A DNA stretch of 27,337 bases from a virus (lineage: Duplodnaviria; Caudoviricetes). Shown here piece by piece: positions 1-6,812 of this stretch. Positions within the stretch are counted from its first letter, which is position 1. The number at the start of each line of letters is the position of its first letter. The notes beneath the pieces were generated by a model that made no database searches, had not been told where the DNA came from, and was given only the letters and a program-made list of their open reading frames with translations. The stretch lies in the IMG/VR virus record IMGVR_UViG_3300024051_000012, positions 1 to 27,337 of that record. One strand, written 5' to 3'. The translations under genes were made by a program, and so were the position numbers.

Positions 1-34
1 CGGGGGCGCGAGTTCGCGCCCAGGGTCAACATCT

Positions 35-43
35 TGCTATCCT
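35..43 (+). promoter_or_regulatory. Extended -10 element (TGcTATCCT) of the tRNA-Tyr promoter
   Basis: TGn-TANNNT match about 37 nt upstream of the mature tRNA 5' end; no clear -35. Confidence 0.5.
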
Positions 44-79
44 TCCATGCGCCCCGCTTGCGTTTGTGGGCAGGGCACT

Positions 80-160
80 GGCGGGTTACCCGAGCGGCCA
101 AAGGGGGCTGACTGTAAATCAGCTGCGCAAGCTACGGGGGTTCGAATCCCTCACCCGCCA
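80..160 (+). tRNA. trnY: tRNA-Tyr (anticodon GTA)
   Basis: Acceptor stem GGCGGGT/ACCCGCC+A, D-arm, anticodon arm GCTGA-CT GTA AA-TCAGC, long variable arm, T-loop GGTTCGAATCC; CCA not encoded. Confidence 0.97.
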
Positions 161-172
161 CTGAGCACGAAA

Positions 173-205
173 ACCCCCTCGCCGGGCATCCGGGAGGGGG
201 TCTTC
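173..205 (+). terminator. Intrinsic terminator after tRNA-Tyr
   Basis: ACCCCCTC-g-CCGG gcat CCGG-GAGGGGGT hairpin followed by CTTC. Confidence 0.7.
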
Positions 206-308
206 AGTTGCTCACCTAAGCCGAAGCCTAAGCCGAGGCCCGCCAACACGCAGGCGATCATGGCGCGCAGACACCGCACCGAGGATGCCGCGAGACATAA
301 GGTGTTGC

Positions 309-333
309 GGGGTTCGAGTCCCCTCAGCTCCAC
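309..333 (+). other. Isolated 3' fragment of tRNA-Ala (or tmRNA); probable att core at the prophage left boundary
   Basis: GGGG-TTCGAGT-CCCC T-arm then CAGCTCC-A-C, with U70 matching the G3:U70 alanine identity pair; no GGGGCTG 5' half upstream. Confidence 0.75.
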
Positions 334-381
334 TTGTATCATGCCTGGTAATCGCCAGGTTTCCCGCACCACTTTCCGCCG

Positions 382-403
382 TGGGCACACGCGATGGGCA
401 CAC
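382..403 (+). repeat. TGGGCACAC direct repeat x2; candidate tyrosine-integrase arm-type sites
   Basis: Exact 9-mers at 382-390 and 395-403, about 50 nt from the putative att core. Confidence 0.55.
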
Positions 404-425
404 CGACCGCCAACGCCAGCCCATG

Positions 426-499
426 CATGTGACGAATCCGACACGATTCTTCACGTGTGGACTTGCGCCGGTCATGAATCATGTCCTATACTGAATTCA
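426..499 (+). promoter_or_regulatory. SigA-type promoter (-35 TTGCGC 463-468, -10 TATACT 487-492) with inverted-repeat operators
   Basis: 18-nt spacer; imperfect IR CATGTGACGAATC/GATTCTTCACGTG at 426-457, CATGA-A-TCATG at 473-483 inside the spacer, TGAATTCA at 492-499. Confidence 0.7.
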
Positions 500-544
500 T
501 CAGGGAAGCCCAGCAGGGCCTCCCGGAACCCGAAGGGAAGAACG

Positions 545-859
545 ATGAGCATCATCGATGATCTGAAGATCAGCACCGACGAGACCACCGTCAACCGCTA
601 CCACCAGCTGCGTCGGGCGGGCCGCCTGTCTGAGGCGCAGATTCGCTACGCCGAGGACCTGATCGCCAAGGGTGGTGACGCGGAGGCGAAGGCCGAGGTG
701 GTCGCACGGATCGCGGCGAGCCGTCCCGGTGGCGCCCTGTATGAGGCGAAGAAGGCCGAAGCGGCCTCGAAGGCGGCACCCAAGGCTCAGTCCGCGCGCC
801 AGGCAAAGATGCAGGCCGAGTATGAGGCGTGGGTGGCTGCTGGCCGCCCCGCGAAGTGA
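545..859 (+). CDS. 104-aa Ala/Lys-rich hypothetical protein; candidate anti-CRISPR/anti-defence protein
   Basis: ATG at 545 after GAAGGGAAG RBS and a clear promoter; directly upstream of an Aca2-like gene. The longer 47..859 call runs through the tRNA and is spurious. Confidence 0.8.
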   Translation: MSIIDDLKISTDETTVNRYHQLRRAGRLSEAQIRYAEDLIAKGGDAEAKAEVVARIAASRPGGALYEAKKAEAASKAAPKAQSARQAKMQAEYEAWVAAGRPAK

Positions 860-870
860 AGGAGTCGATG

Positions 871-1314
871 ATGGAGTCCCTGGACAGTGCGGCCCTGCGT
901 GATGAGTTTGCGCGTGACGCTCGACGTAATGGTGCGGCGTATGGCGCGTACACCGCCGCGGAGGTGCTGGTGGCGCGTGAGACGCTGGGCTTGACTCGGG
1001 CCGCGCTCGGTGACGCGTTGGGCGTGACGGAGCGTGCTGTGGCGCGGTGGGAGGATGGTCAGCGCGCGATCAGTGACGAGTGTGCGACTGGCCTGGACGC
1101 GTTGATGGAGCGTGCCGAGCGTGAGGTGCAGGCTGTGGTGCGTGCGATGCAGGACGCGCCTCAGCGTGACCGGCGTCTGCTGGTGTACCGGTCGGATGCG
1201 CACCTCGCGGCGTCGGGTGGTGAGCCTGGACGGACGGCGGGATGGACGCGGGCGATTGCGCGGCGTGTGCAGGACCGGTTCGATGGGCAGGTCGATATCG
1301 ACTTCATGCCGTGA
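871..1314 (+). CDS. XRE-type HTH regulator, Aca2/YdiL (DUF1870)-like
   Basis: AAGGAG RBS at 859-864 (start 871 or 868); HTH RETLGLTRAALGDALGVTERAVARWEDG followed by LLVYRSD...GWTRAIA, the YR...W...A pattern of Aca2-like C-terminal domains. Confidence 0.8.
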   Translation: MESLDSAALRDEFARDARRNGAAYGAYTAAEVLVARETLGLTRAALGDALGVTERAVARWEDGQRAISDECATGLDALMERAEREVQAVVRAMQDAPQRDRRLLVYRSDAHLAASGGEPGRTAGWTRAIARRVQDRFDGQVDIDFMP

Positions 1315-1339
1315 TCGTTTGTCGCTTAGTAAACGACAA

Positions 1340-1381
1340 AAGCCGCCCCGCCGACTCCGTGATGGAGTGGCGGGGCGGCTT
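1340..1381. terminator. Bidirectional terminator between the + operon and the minus-strand late operon
   Basis: AAGCCGCCCCGCC-g-ACTCC gtgat GGAGT-GGCGGGGCGGCTT long hairpin with an A-run on the left. Confidence 0.85.
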
Positions 1382-1396
1382 GTGTGTGTGCGGGCG

Positions 1397-1531
1397 CTAG
1401 GTCGGGTAGAGGCGTCCTGTGGTGGACGCAGGGGTGCTGTTGTGTGCGCCGTTGACGACGATGCCTGGGGTGGCGGCGAGGGTGGATGGTGTGACGCCTG
1501 GCCCGATGTTGACCCATGCGGTGATGGCCAT
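1397..1531 (-). CDS. 44-aa small protein MAITAWVNIGPG...TGRLYPT (absent from the ORF track)
   Basis: ATG overlaps the upstream stop (TAATG coupling); ORF ends just before the terminator. Confidence 0.65.
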   Translation of the reverse strand: MAITAWVNIGPGVTPSTLAATPGIVVNGAHNSTPASTTGRLYPT

Positions 1532-2484
1532 TAGACGGCCCACGCAATCGCTGGGAGGCAGCGGTTGGAAATCGTGTTGTTGGCTGATGCGCCTACCGCA
1601 ATCACGCCCGGGCCGGTGCTGCCGCTACTGATTGTCGGGAAGGCACGATAGGTGCGGGCTTCGCCGTTGATGGTCGCGACCTGGATGACGGATGTGGCTC
1701 CCGCGTCGCCTGGATGGACGACGACCATGCTGTTCAGGACGAATGGCTCCACGCCGGGAGCCGCGCAGGGGATGGGGTACACGGGGGCCGTGGTGCCGTC
1801 CTCTGACAGGGTGGAGCCTGTGGAGGCGTTGTTGCCGTTGACCGCATAGGGCAGCATGACGGGGGCGTAGACGTTCTGCGCGGACTTCGCAGAGCCGCTG
1901 GTTCCATCATGCCCGATCACGTGGAAGAAGCTCTGTCCGCCGAATCCAGCGATGACGAGCGCGTCGCCTCGGTAGGTGCCGTCGGTGTTGCAGGCGCGGG
2001 CTATGGTGAAGCCGCCGAGGTGGCCAGCGAGGTTGCCGGTCGCTGGCCACAAGGCGATGCTGAATGATGATCCGTCGCCGGACGCGTAGGAGGGGTATTC
2101 GGTCGAGGATGCGGTGGCTGGCGTCGGTGAGGCGACGGTTGCGGCCAGGAGGGTGTTGCCGGTGATGGTGCCCGCCCCGTCACTGGCGGTGCCGACCGTG
2201 AGGCGGAAGTCCGCGCGACCGGCGGAGTTTCCCGTCCCGTAGTCGATGCGGAAGAAGATCGGGTGTGTTGACTGGAGGGCGTCGTTGAAACGCCACACCT
2301 CATAGTTCGTCCACGTGTTGATTCCGGGCACGGATGCGGTGGAGATGGTCAACTGGCCGGTATCGGCTGTTTGGACTAGGCCGATGGCGGCGAGGGCGTC
2401 GTGGATGCCTTGGATCCACTTGCGCCATTCGGTCGCGGTCGCTCCCGTTTGTGCGCTCATCCACGTGAAGGTTGAGATGGTCAT
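1531..2484 (-). CDS. Minor tail / tail-fibre-associated virion protein
   Basis: GLVQTADTGQ...YEVWRFNDALQSTHPIFFRIDYGTG motif, Thr/Gly/Ser-rich, directly after the fibre gene. Confidence 0.7.
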   Translation of the reverse strand: MTISTFTWMSAQTGATATEWRKWIQGIHDALAAIGLVQTADTGQLTISTASVPGINTWTNYEVWRFNDALQSTHPIFFRIDYGTGNSAGRADFRLTVGTASDGAGTITGNTLLAATVASPTPATASSTEYPSYASGDGSSFSIALWPATGNLAGHLGGFTIARACNTDGTYRGDALVIAGFGGQSFFHVIGHDGTSGSAKSAQNVYAPVMLPYAVNGNNASTGSTLSEDGTTAPVYPIPCAAPGVEPFVLNSMVVVHPGDAGATSVIQVATINGEARTYRAFPTISSGSTGPGVIAVGASANNTISNRCLPAIAWAV

Positions 2485-2487
2485 GGT

Positions 2488-3525
2488 TTACGCCTCCCGA
2501 AGTTGCATGGTGATGGTGGTCGCGTCGCCATCAACGCTGTAATACAGGTCTGTTTCGCCCACGGCTCGGACGTCGTGAATGGGTGCACCGTCATCAGTGG
2601 TCGCGTCGGGTGCGACGTACTCGTACACCAGGTCCGCGCCGCCCGTGTAGGGGGTGGTGATGGGGCGGTCGGCGTCGGCGGTGCGGCCATCAGCGGTGCG
2701 ATACACGCGGAATCGGCACGGGCCGCTGTAGGTGATGGTGTAGATGACGTACTGTGCGGGGGCTTCGAACGTGCCGTCACCCATCGCGTCTGTGAGGGTG
2801 ACAGTGGTGGGGGTGGGCGGGAAGGAACTGCCGCCGCCGGTTTGGTTCACCCATTGCGTGTCGAAGTCCGCGCTGGATGCCTTCGCGAGGACTTGACCGG
2901 TGGAGCCGCCTGCGGGGACACCGGATTCCGTATCAGCCTTGCCACTGAGCGCCGCCTGGACGTCTGTCGAGATCGGCTTGTCAAGGTCTGACGTGTTGTC
3001 CACATCGCCCAGGCCGACTGCAGTCTTGGTGAGTCCCGCTGGTTGGACTGCTGTGTCCGCGAGCGCGCCCTGCGCTGCGGTTGCGAACGCCGAAGCATCC
3101 TCCGTGGCGGCGGTGCCGAGCGACGCCGCGTCGGCCTTGGCCGCGAGCGCCGAACCGAGGCCGGTCACGTCTTCGATGGTGTGTGTGTGCGCCTCGGGCG
3201 GGAACTCGGTGGGCTTGTCGGTGAGGTCGTCCCAGGACGACGCGCCGCCGCTGGCCGGGTCGGTGTATACCAGTTCACCGTCGAGGGTGGCGAGGGTCTT
3301 CCCGTCCGGCTGCGCGGCCGGGTCGGGGACGTGCGAGTCACCGTCCGCGCCGTGGAGGGAGGCGAGCCATTCGGCCTCAGTCCCGGTGAAGCCATTCTCG
3401 ACGGCGACGTCGTAGGCAGATGCGCCAGCAGCGCCAGGGTTGCCCTTGCCGCCTGCCGGGCCTTGCGCTTCGAGGACGACGGCAGGCTCAACGGCCTGCT
3501 CGCGGACAACAACGATCTCGCTCAC
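2488..3525 (-). CDS. Tail fibre-like protein with collagen and phage-tail repeat modules
   Basis: Short GXY run, SAYDVAVENGFTGTEAEWLASL, WDDLTDKPTEFPPEAHTH, VGLGDVDNTSDLDKPIST and GGSTGQVLAKAS motifs. Confidence 0.8.
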   Translation of the reverse strand: MSEIVVVREQAVEPAVVLEAQGPAGGKGNPGAAGASAYDVAVENGFTGTEAEWLASLHGADGDSHVPDPAAQPDGKTLATLDGELVYTDPASGGASSWDDLTDKPTEFPPEAHTHTIEDVTGLGSALAAKADAASLGTAATEDASAFATAAQGALADTAVQPAGLTKTAVGLGDVDNTSDLDKPISTDVQAALSGKADTESGVPAGGSTGQVLAKASSADFDTQWVNQTGGGSSFPPTPTTVTLTDAMGDGTFEAPAQYVIYTITYSGPCRFRVYRTADGRTADADRPITTPYTGGADLVYEYVAPDATTDDGAPIHDVRAVGETDLYYSVDGDATTITMQLREA

Positions 3526-3962
3526 GCGTCGCTCCTTGTCACGTCAGGCTTCACGGCGACGGGGCCTTTCGCGTAACGCGTGACCTGACCGTCTGGCGCG
3601 ACCAGCTCAAGGTCATACACGCCTGCGGACCGGTCGTTCCACGCCTCGGCCTCGGTGGTCGCGGCGGGGAGGACGAGCGTGACTGTCGAACCGGTGTGTT
3701 CCGTCCCGGCCGTGTCGGTGACCGTCACGTCGTCTTCGAACACGACGCGGGGCCCGTTCACGGTGTCGGACGTGAACTCGATCCACACCTCACCGCCGAC
3801 GCTGTCACGAATCTGTGCGCGCCCCGACCAGCCGTCCGCGGCGAGGTCGCCATAGATGGAGTGGTCGGTGAGGAATCCGTTCACGGTGTCGGCTCCCTGC
3901 GGGATGATCCACTTGCGGGTCACCTTCGCGTCGTAGCCGGCTGGGGGAATCTCGACGGTCAC
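3522..3962 (-). CDS. Ig-like fibre/baseplate-associated protein (BppU/LtfC-like)
   Basis: IPQGAD...GWSGRAQIR...GVYDLELVAPDGQVTRYAKGPV motif; GGAGG RBS; overlaps the fibre start. Confidence 0.7.
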   Translation of the reverse strand: MTVEIPPAGYDAKVTRKWIIPQGADTVNGFLTDHSIYGDLAADGWSGRAQIRDSVGGEVWIEFTSDTVNGPRVVFEDDVTVTDTAGTEHTGSTVTLVLPAATTEAEAWNDRSAGVYDLELVAPDGQVTRYAKGPVAVKPDVTRSDA

Positions 3963-3977
3963 GCTCGCCTCCTACGG

Positions 3978-4466
3978 TCAGTCGGTTTCGGGCAGTTCGT
4001 AGGCGGGGGTGGGGTCGCCGCCCAGTTCGGCCTCGTTCCACGTGCCGTCACCGGCGGGCGGGTTGTCGAGGTCGAGCGGGGGAAGGGGCACCTCGGCGGG
4101 CGTGCCAGGGATTCCCTCCACGGCCGCGATCACCAGCGTCGAGAGGGCCGACCCGCCAGCGGCGAGCAGCACTGCACGCCAGTCCACGTCGGTGAGCAAC
4201 GCAGCCGACGCGGTGGCCGCGACAATCATCTGACCAAACTGGCGCAGCGCCTTCATGAACGCTGCGGCCGCCCACCCGTGCTCATTGACGTCAGGCAGGG
4301 AGATGAGTGCGGTGGCGATGGCGATCACGACGGCCAGGCCGACAGTGAGTGCGGCGATCTGCCACGTGCCAGCCGGATCATTGACGAGGCCGGGGATGAA
4401 CGGCACGACGGCCGCGAGTGCGGTCTTGAGGATGACCCTCAAGATGGATTGGATGAACGCGATCAT
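3978..4466 (-). CDS. Holin with two tandem r1t-like hydrophobic units
   Basis: Several hydrophobic helices, KALRQFGQ...DVDWRAVLL motif, acidic Pro-rich tail, directly after the endolysin. Confidence 0.75.
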   Translation of the reverse strand: MIAFIQSILRVILKTALAAVVPFIPGLVNDPAGTWQIAALTVGLAVVIAIATALISLPDVNEHGWAAAAFMKALRQFGQMIVAATASAALLTDVDWRAVLLAAGGSALSTLVIAAVEGIPGTPAEVPLPPLDLDNPPAGDGTWNEAELGGDPTPAYELPETD

Positions 4467-4478
4467 GCTGGGGTTCCT

Positions 4479-5375
4479 CTACTTTTCGAGGAGCGCGGAC
4501 CAGGTGCCTTCGCCGACGATGTAGTCGGCGTGGCCCTTCCCGTCTCCGGTGTTGTACTTCGCTTGGAATTGGCCGACGATCTTCTTCGTTGCCGGGCCTG
4601 CGAGGCGGTCGGGGCGGCCGTTCTTGCCGACGAGGCCTGCGGGTCCGTAGCCGTGGGCGAGCAGGAGCGCTTGGAGGCGGCCGACGTCGGCGCTGGTGAT
4701 GGCACGCTTGTGTGCGTTGCGCAGGTCGAGGATTTGCAGGTTGGCCTTCACGGTGACCTCCTTGGCGGTCGGCTTGGGCTTGGGGGCGGGCTGAGGCTTG
4801 GGGGTCGGGGTGACGTTCGCGGCCTCACCAGCGATGGCACGGGCGCGCGTGATGATCTCGGGAATCTGGGCGATCTTCACGTCGCCGGGGCAGATTTTGC
4901 CCAGCGACCGTGACCACACCTCACCGCCTGCGACGCGGCCAGGGTGGACGTGGGAGAAGTTGCCGTCGATGCCGAGCCGGTGCGGCCCGATACCACGCGA
5001 GGTCGGCAGGGAGTTCGGCATCGCGGTCAAGGGGATGCCGTGGGTGGCGTGCGCCCAGGCGCACAGGCGGGCGAGTGCGTCGAGCTGTGCGTCGGTCCAC
5101 GGCTCACTGTTGGGGCTGCGCAAACCACCCTGCGTTTCCACACCGATCAGGCGACGGTTGCCCATGTACGCGGTCCCTGCCCGGTAGCGGGTGTCGATCT
5201 GTTGGCAGATGGTGCCGTCCTTGCGCACATAGAAGTGCGCGACGGTGCCGGGAGCGTAGGAGGGGTAGGCGGATTCGGATACGGCGACGTGGAGGACTAC
5301 GCCGTCGTAGCGCTCCATCGGCGTCGTATATCCGGCAACGATGCGGTCGGTGAGGGCGTGCGGCATTATCGCCAT
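4479..5375 (-). CDS. Endolysin: N-acetylmuramoyl-L-alanine amidase (Amidase_2) with Pro/Lys linker and peptidoglycan-binding domain
   Basis: VVLHVA, AHFYV...G, IGVET, IGPHR and KICPG Zn-amidase motifs; VGRLQALL...FQAKY...IVGEGTW PG-binding motif; GGAGG RBS before ATG 5375. Confidence 0.9.
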   Translation of the reverse strand: MAIMPHALTDRIVAGYTTPMERYDGVVLHVAVSESAYPSYAPGTVAHFYVRKDGTICQQIDTRYRAGTAYMGNRRLIGVETQGGLRSPNSEPWTDAQLDALARLCAWAHATHGIPLTAMPNSLPTSRGIGPHRLGIDGNFSHVHPGRVAGGEVWSRSLGKICPGDVKIAQIPEIITRARAIAGEAANVTPTPKPQPAPKPKPTAKEVTVKANLQILDLRNAHKRAITSADVGRLQALLLAHGYGPAGLVGKNGRPDRLAGPATKKIVGQFQAKYNTGDGKGHADYIVGEGTWSALLEK

Positions 5376-5414
5376 GGCAGGTTCCTCCAAGGCTTGGAGT
5401 TGGTTTGGGGATGC

Positions 5415-5439
5415 GAAAGCCCCGCACGCTGGCGGGGCT
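5415..5439 (-). terminator. Hairpin/weak terminator upstream of the endolysin
   Basis: AGCCCCGC-cagcgt-GCGGGGCT-TTC on the minus strand. Confidence 0.6.
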
Positions 5440-5459
5440 GGGGGTGGGGGCGGTGAGGC

Positions 5460-5831
5460 TTAGGCGGTCGTGTCGCGGCCGTCAACGTGCTTCGTGAAGC
5501 GGCGCTCCAACGTGCGCACGGCACGCAACAGTTCGGCGATGTCCTTGCGCATCTCGCCGATGTCGCCGCTTTGACGATCCATGCGCTCAGCCAAGCCATC
5601 CATGTCGTCGCGCAGATTCGTCGAATGCGTGTTCGCCACCTGCTCGTGAATCTCCGACTGCTGGCGGCGAGACTCGGCACGCTCCTTCTTCGCCTTGTGA
5701 CGCAGGGGCCAGCCGATGCCGAGCGCCGCGACCGTGATCGCCGTGATGGTCGTGAGTACCGCGACCACGATGTCTTTCGCTGACGTGACAATCACGTCCG
5801 TATGGTCGGCGGCGGTGAGCAGTGTGTACAT
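5460..5831 (-). CDS. Single-TM coiled-coil lysis-cassette protein (DUF2746-like)
   Basis: N-terminal TM helix, HEQVANTHSTNLRDDMD motif, C-terminal coiled coil. Confidence 0.75.
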   Translation of the reverse strand: MYTLLTAADHTDVIVTSAKDIVVAVLTTITAITVAALGIGWPLRHKAKKERAESRRQQSEIHEQVANTHSTNLRDDMDGLAERMDRQSGDIGEMRKDIAELLRAVRTLERRFTKHVDGRDTTA

Positions 5832-5855
5832 GAATCCCTCAGACGTGGTTGGTGG

Positions 5856-6812
5856 TCACAGCCCCGTTTGGCGCTGCCGTAAAGATGGGCCGCCCGCATA
5901 GCCGCCGTGCTGACGTTGACGAAGCGGCGGACCGCCAGTCACACCCGACAGCACTTGCCGTTGACGCAGTGACGGCGCGCCCGACGCATCCTTCGCATAC
6001 CGAAAGCTCGGCCACACGACGGAGGCGTACAGGTCGATGAGGCTCACATCGACGGTGCGGTCCCCGGAGCCACCCATCACGTCGAGGGCGATGAGGACCG
6101 GGAAGTGATTGCCGCCCTCGTCGATGTCGGTGATCTCGAGTTCCACGGTCGCGGAATCGTCGACGGCGCTGTGGATCGTGTCCCAGCCGGTGGGGGCACC
6201 GGTCTCGGCGTCGATGACGCCGTAACGCCACGTGGAGCCGTCCAGGCCAGGCTTCGACCACCCGTTCTCGCGAGCGCTCACCTTCACTTGCGCGTAGAAC
6301 GGGTCGACCGAGTCGGCCGCGAGATGGAGCCTGGCACGGTACTTCGTGAAGATGCTCGGGCGGCCGCGAGATGACAGGCCAACGTCGAGCGGCGCTGGTT
6401 CGTCCTCGTCCTCAAACTGGATCATCGTCCAGCCGTCAGCGCCAGCAAACGCGGGATGTGTGGCGTTCACGAACTGTGTGAAGCGGATCTGCTGCGCGAT
6501 GTCGCGCGCATACGTGGAATAGCCCGACGAGTCCCGCACGGTACGCAAATACAGGGCGTTGAGGTTGTTGGTCGACTGCGACCAGTACGCCAGCCACCCG
6601 CGCGAACTCGCAGAGCCAACGCCAGGGAAGGAGCCGGTGAACGCGTCGTCATAGTTCGGGCCAGCCACAAGCGTCGGAGCCTCAAGACCATCGACCATCG
6701 GGTCAAACCAGTACTCGCCAAGCGACGACACTTTCCACGCCGCCGGGGCAAATACGGCGCGGCCCGGATACTCACCCGCCGAGCCCGTGAACCACTCCGA
6801 GAAGATCGGCAT
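5856..6812 (-). CDS. Minor tail protein (318 aa) with C-terminal triple GxP(S/P)LRQRQ repeat
   Basis: ATG coupled to the upstream stop (TGATG at 6810-6814); position in the tail module. Confidence 0.75.
   Translation of the reverse strand: MPIFSEWFTGSAGEYPGRAVFAPAAWKVSSLGEYWFDPMVDGLEAPTLVAGPNYDDAFTGSFPGVGSASSRGWLAYWSQSTNNLNALYLRTVRDSSGYSTYARDIAQQIRFTQFVNATHPAFAGADGWTMIQFEDEDEPAPLDVGLSSRGRPSIFTKYRARLHLAADSVDPFYAQVKVSARENGWSKPGLDGSTWRYGVIDAETGAPTGWDTIHSAVDDSATVELEITDIDEGGNHFPVLIALDVMGGSGDRTVDVSLIDLYASVVWPSFRYAKDASGAPSLRQRQVLSGVTGGPPLRQRQHGGYAGGPSLRQRQTGL

Noticed and set aside
215-238. 12-nt tandem CCTAAGCCGA(A/G)G x2
   Set aside because: Only two copies, no spacers and no other copies seen; not a CRISPR or iteron array
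290-308. Possible dif-like half site (TTATGTC on the minus strand)
   Set aside because: No matching second Xer arm; too short to support
47-544. N-terminal extension of the 270-aa ORF and minus-strand ORFs 151..444 and 212..475
   Set aside because: They run through the tRNA, terminator and att fragment; VELRGLEP is simply the antisense reading of a tRNA 3' end
334-545. Solitary CRISPR-repeat mimic (RNA anti-CRISPR) in the acr-like leader
   Set aside because: No convincing match to a CRISPR repeat family that I can recognise
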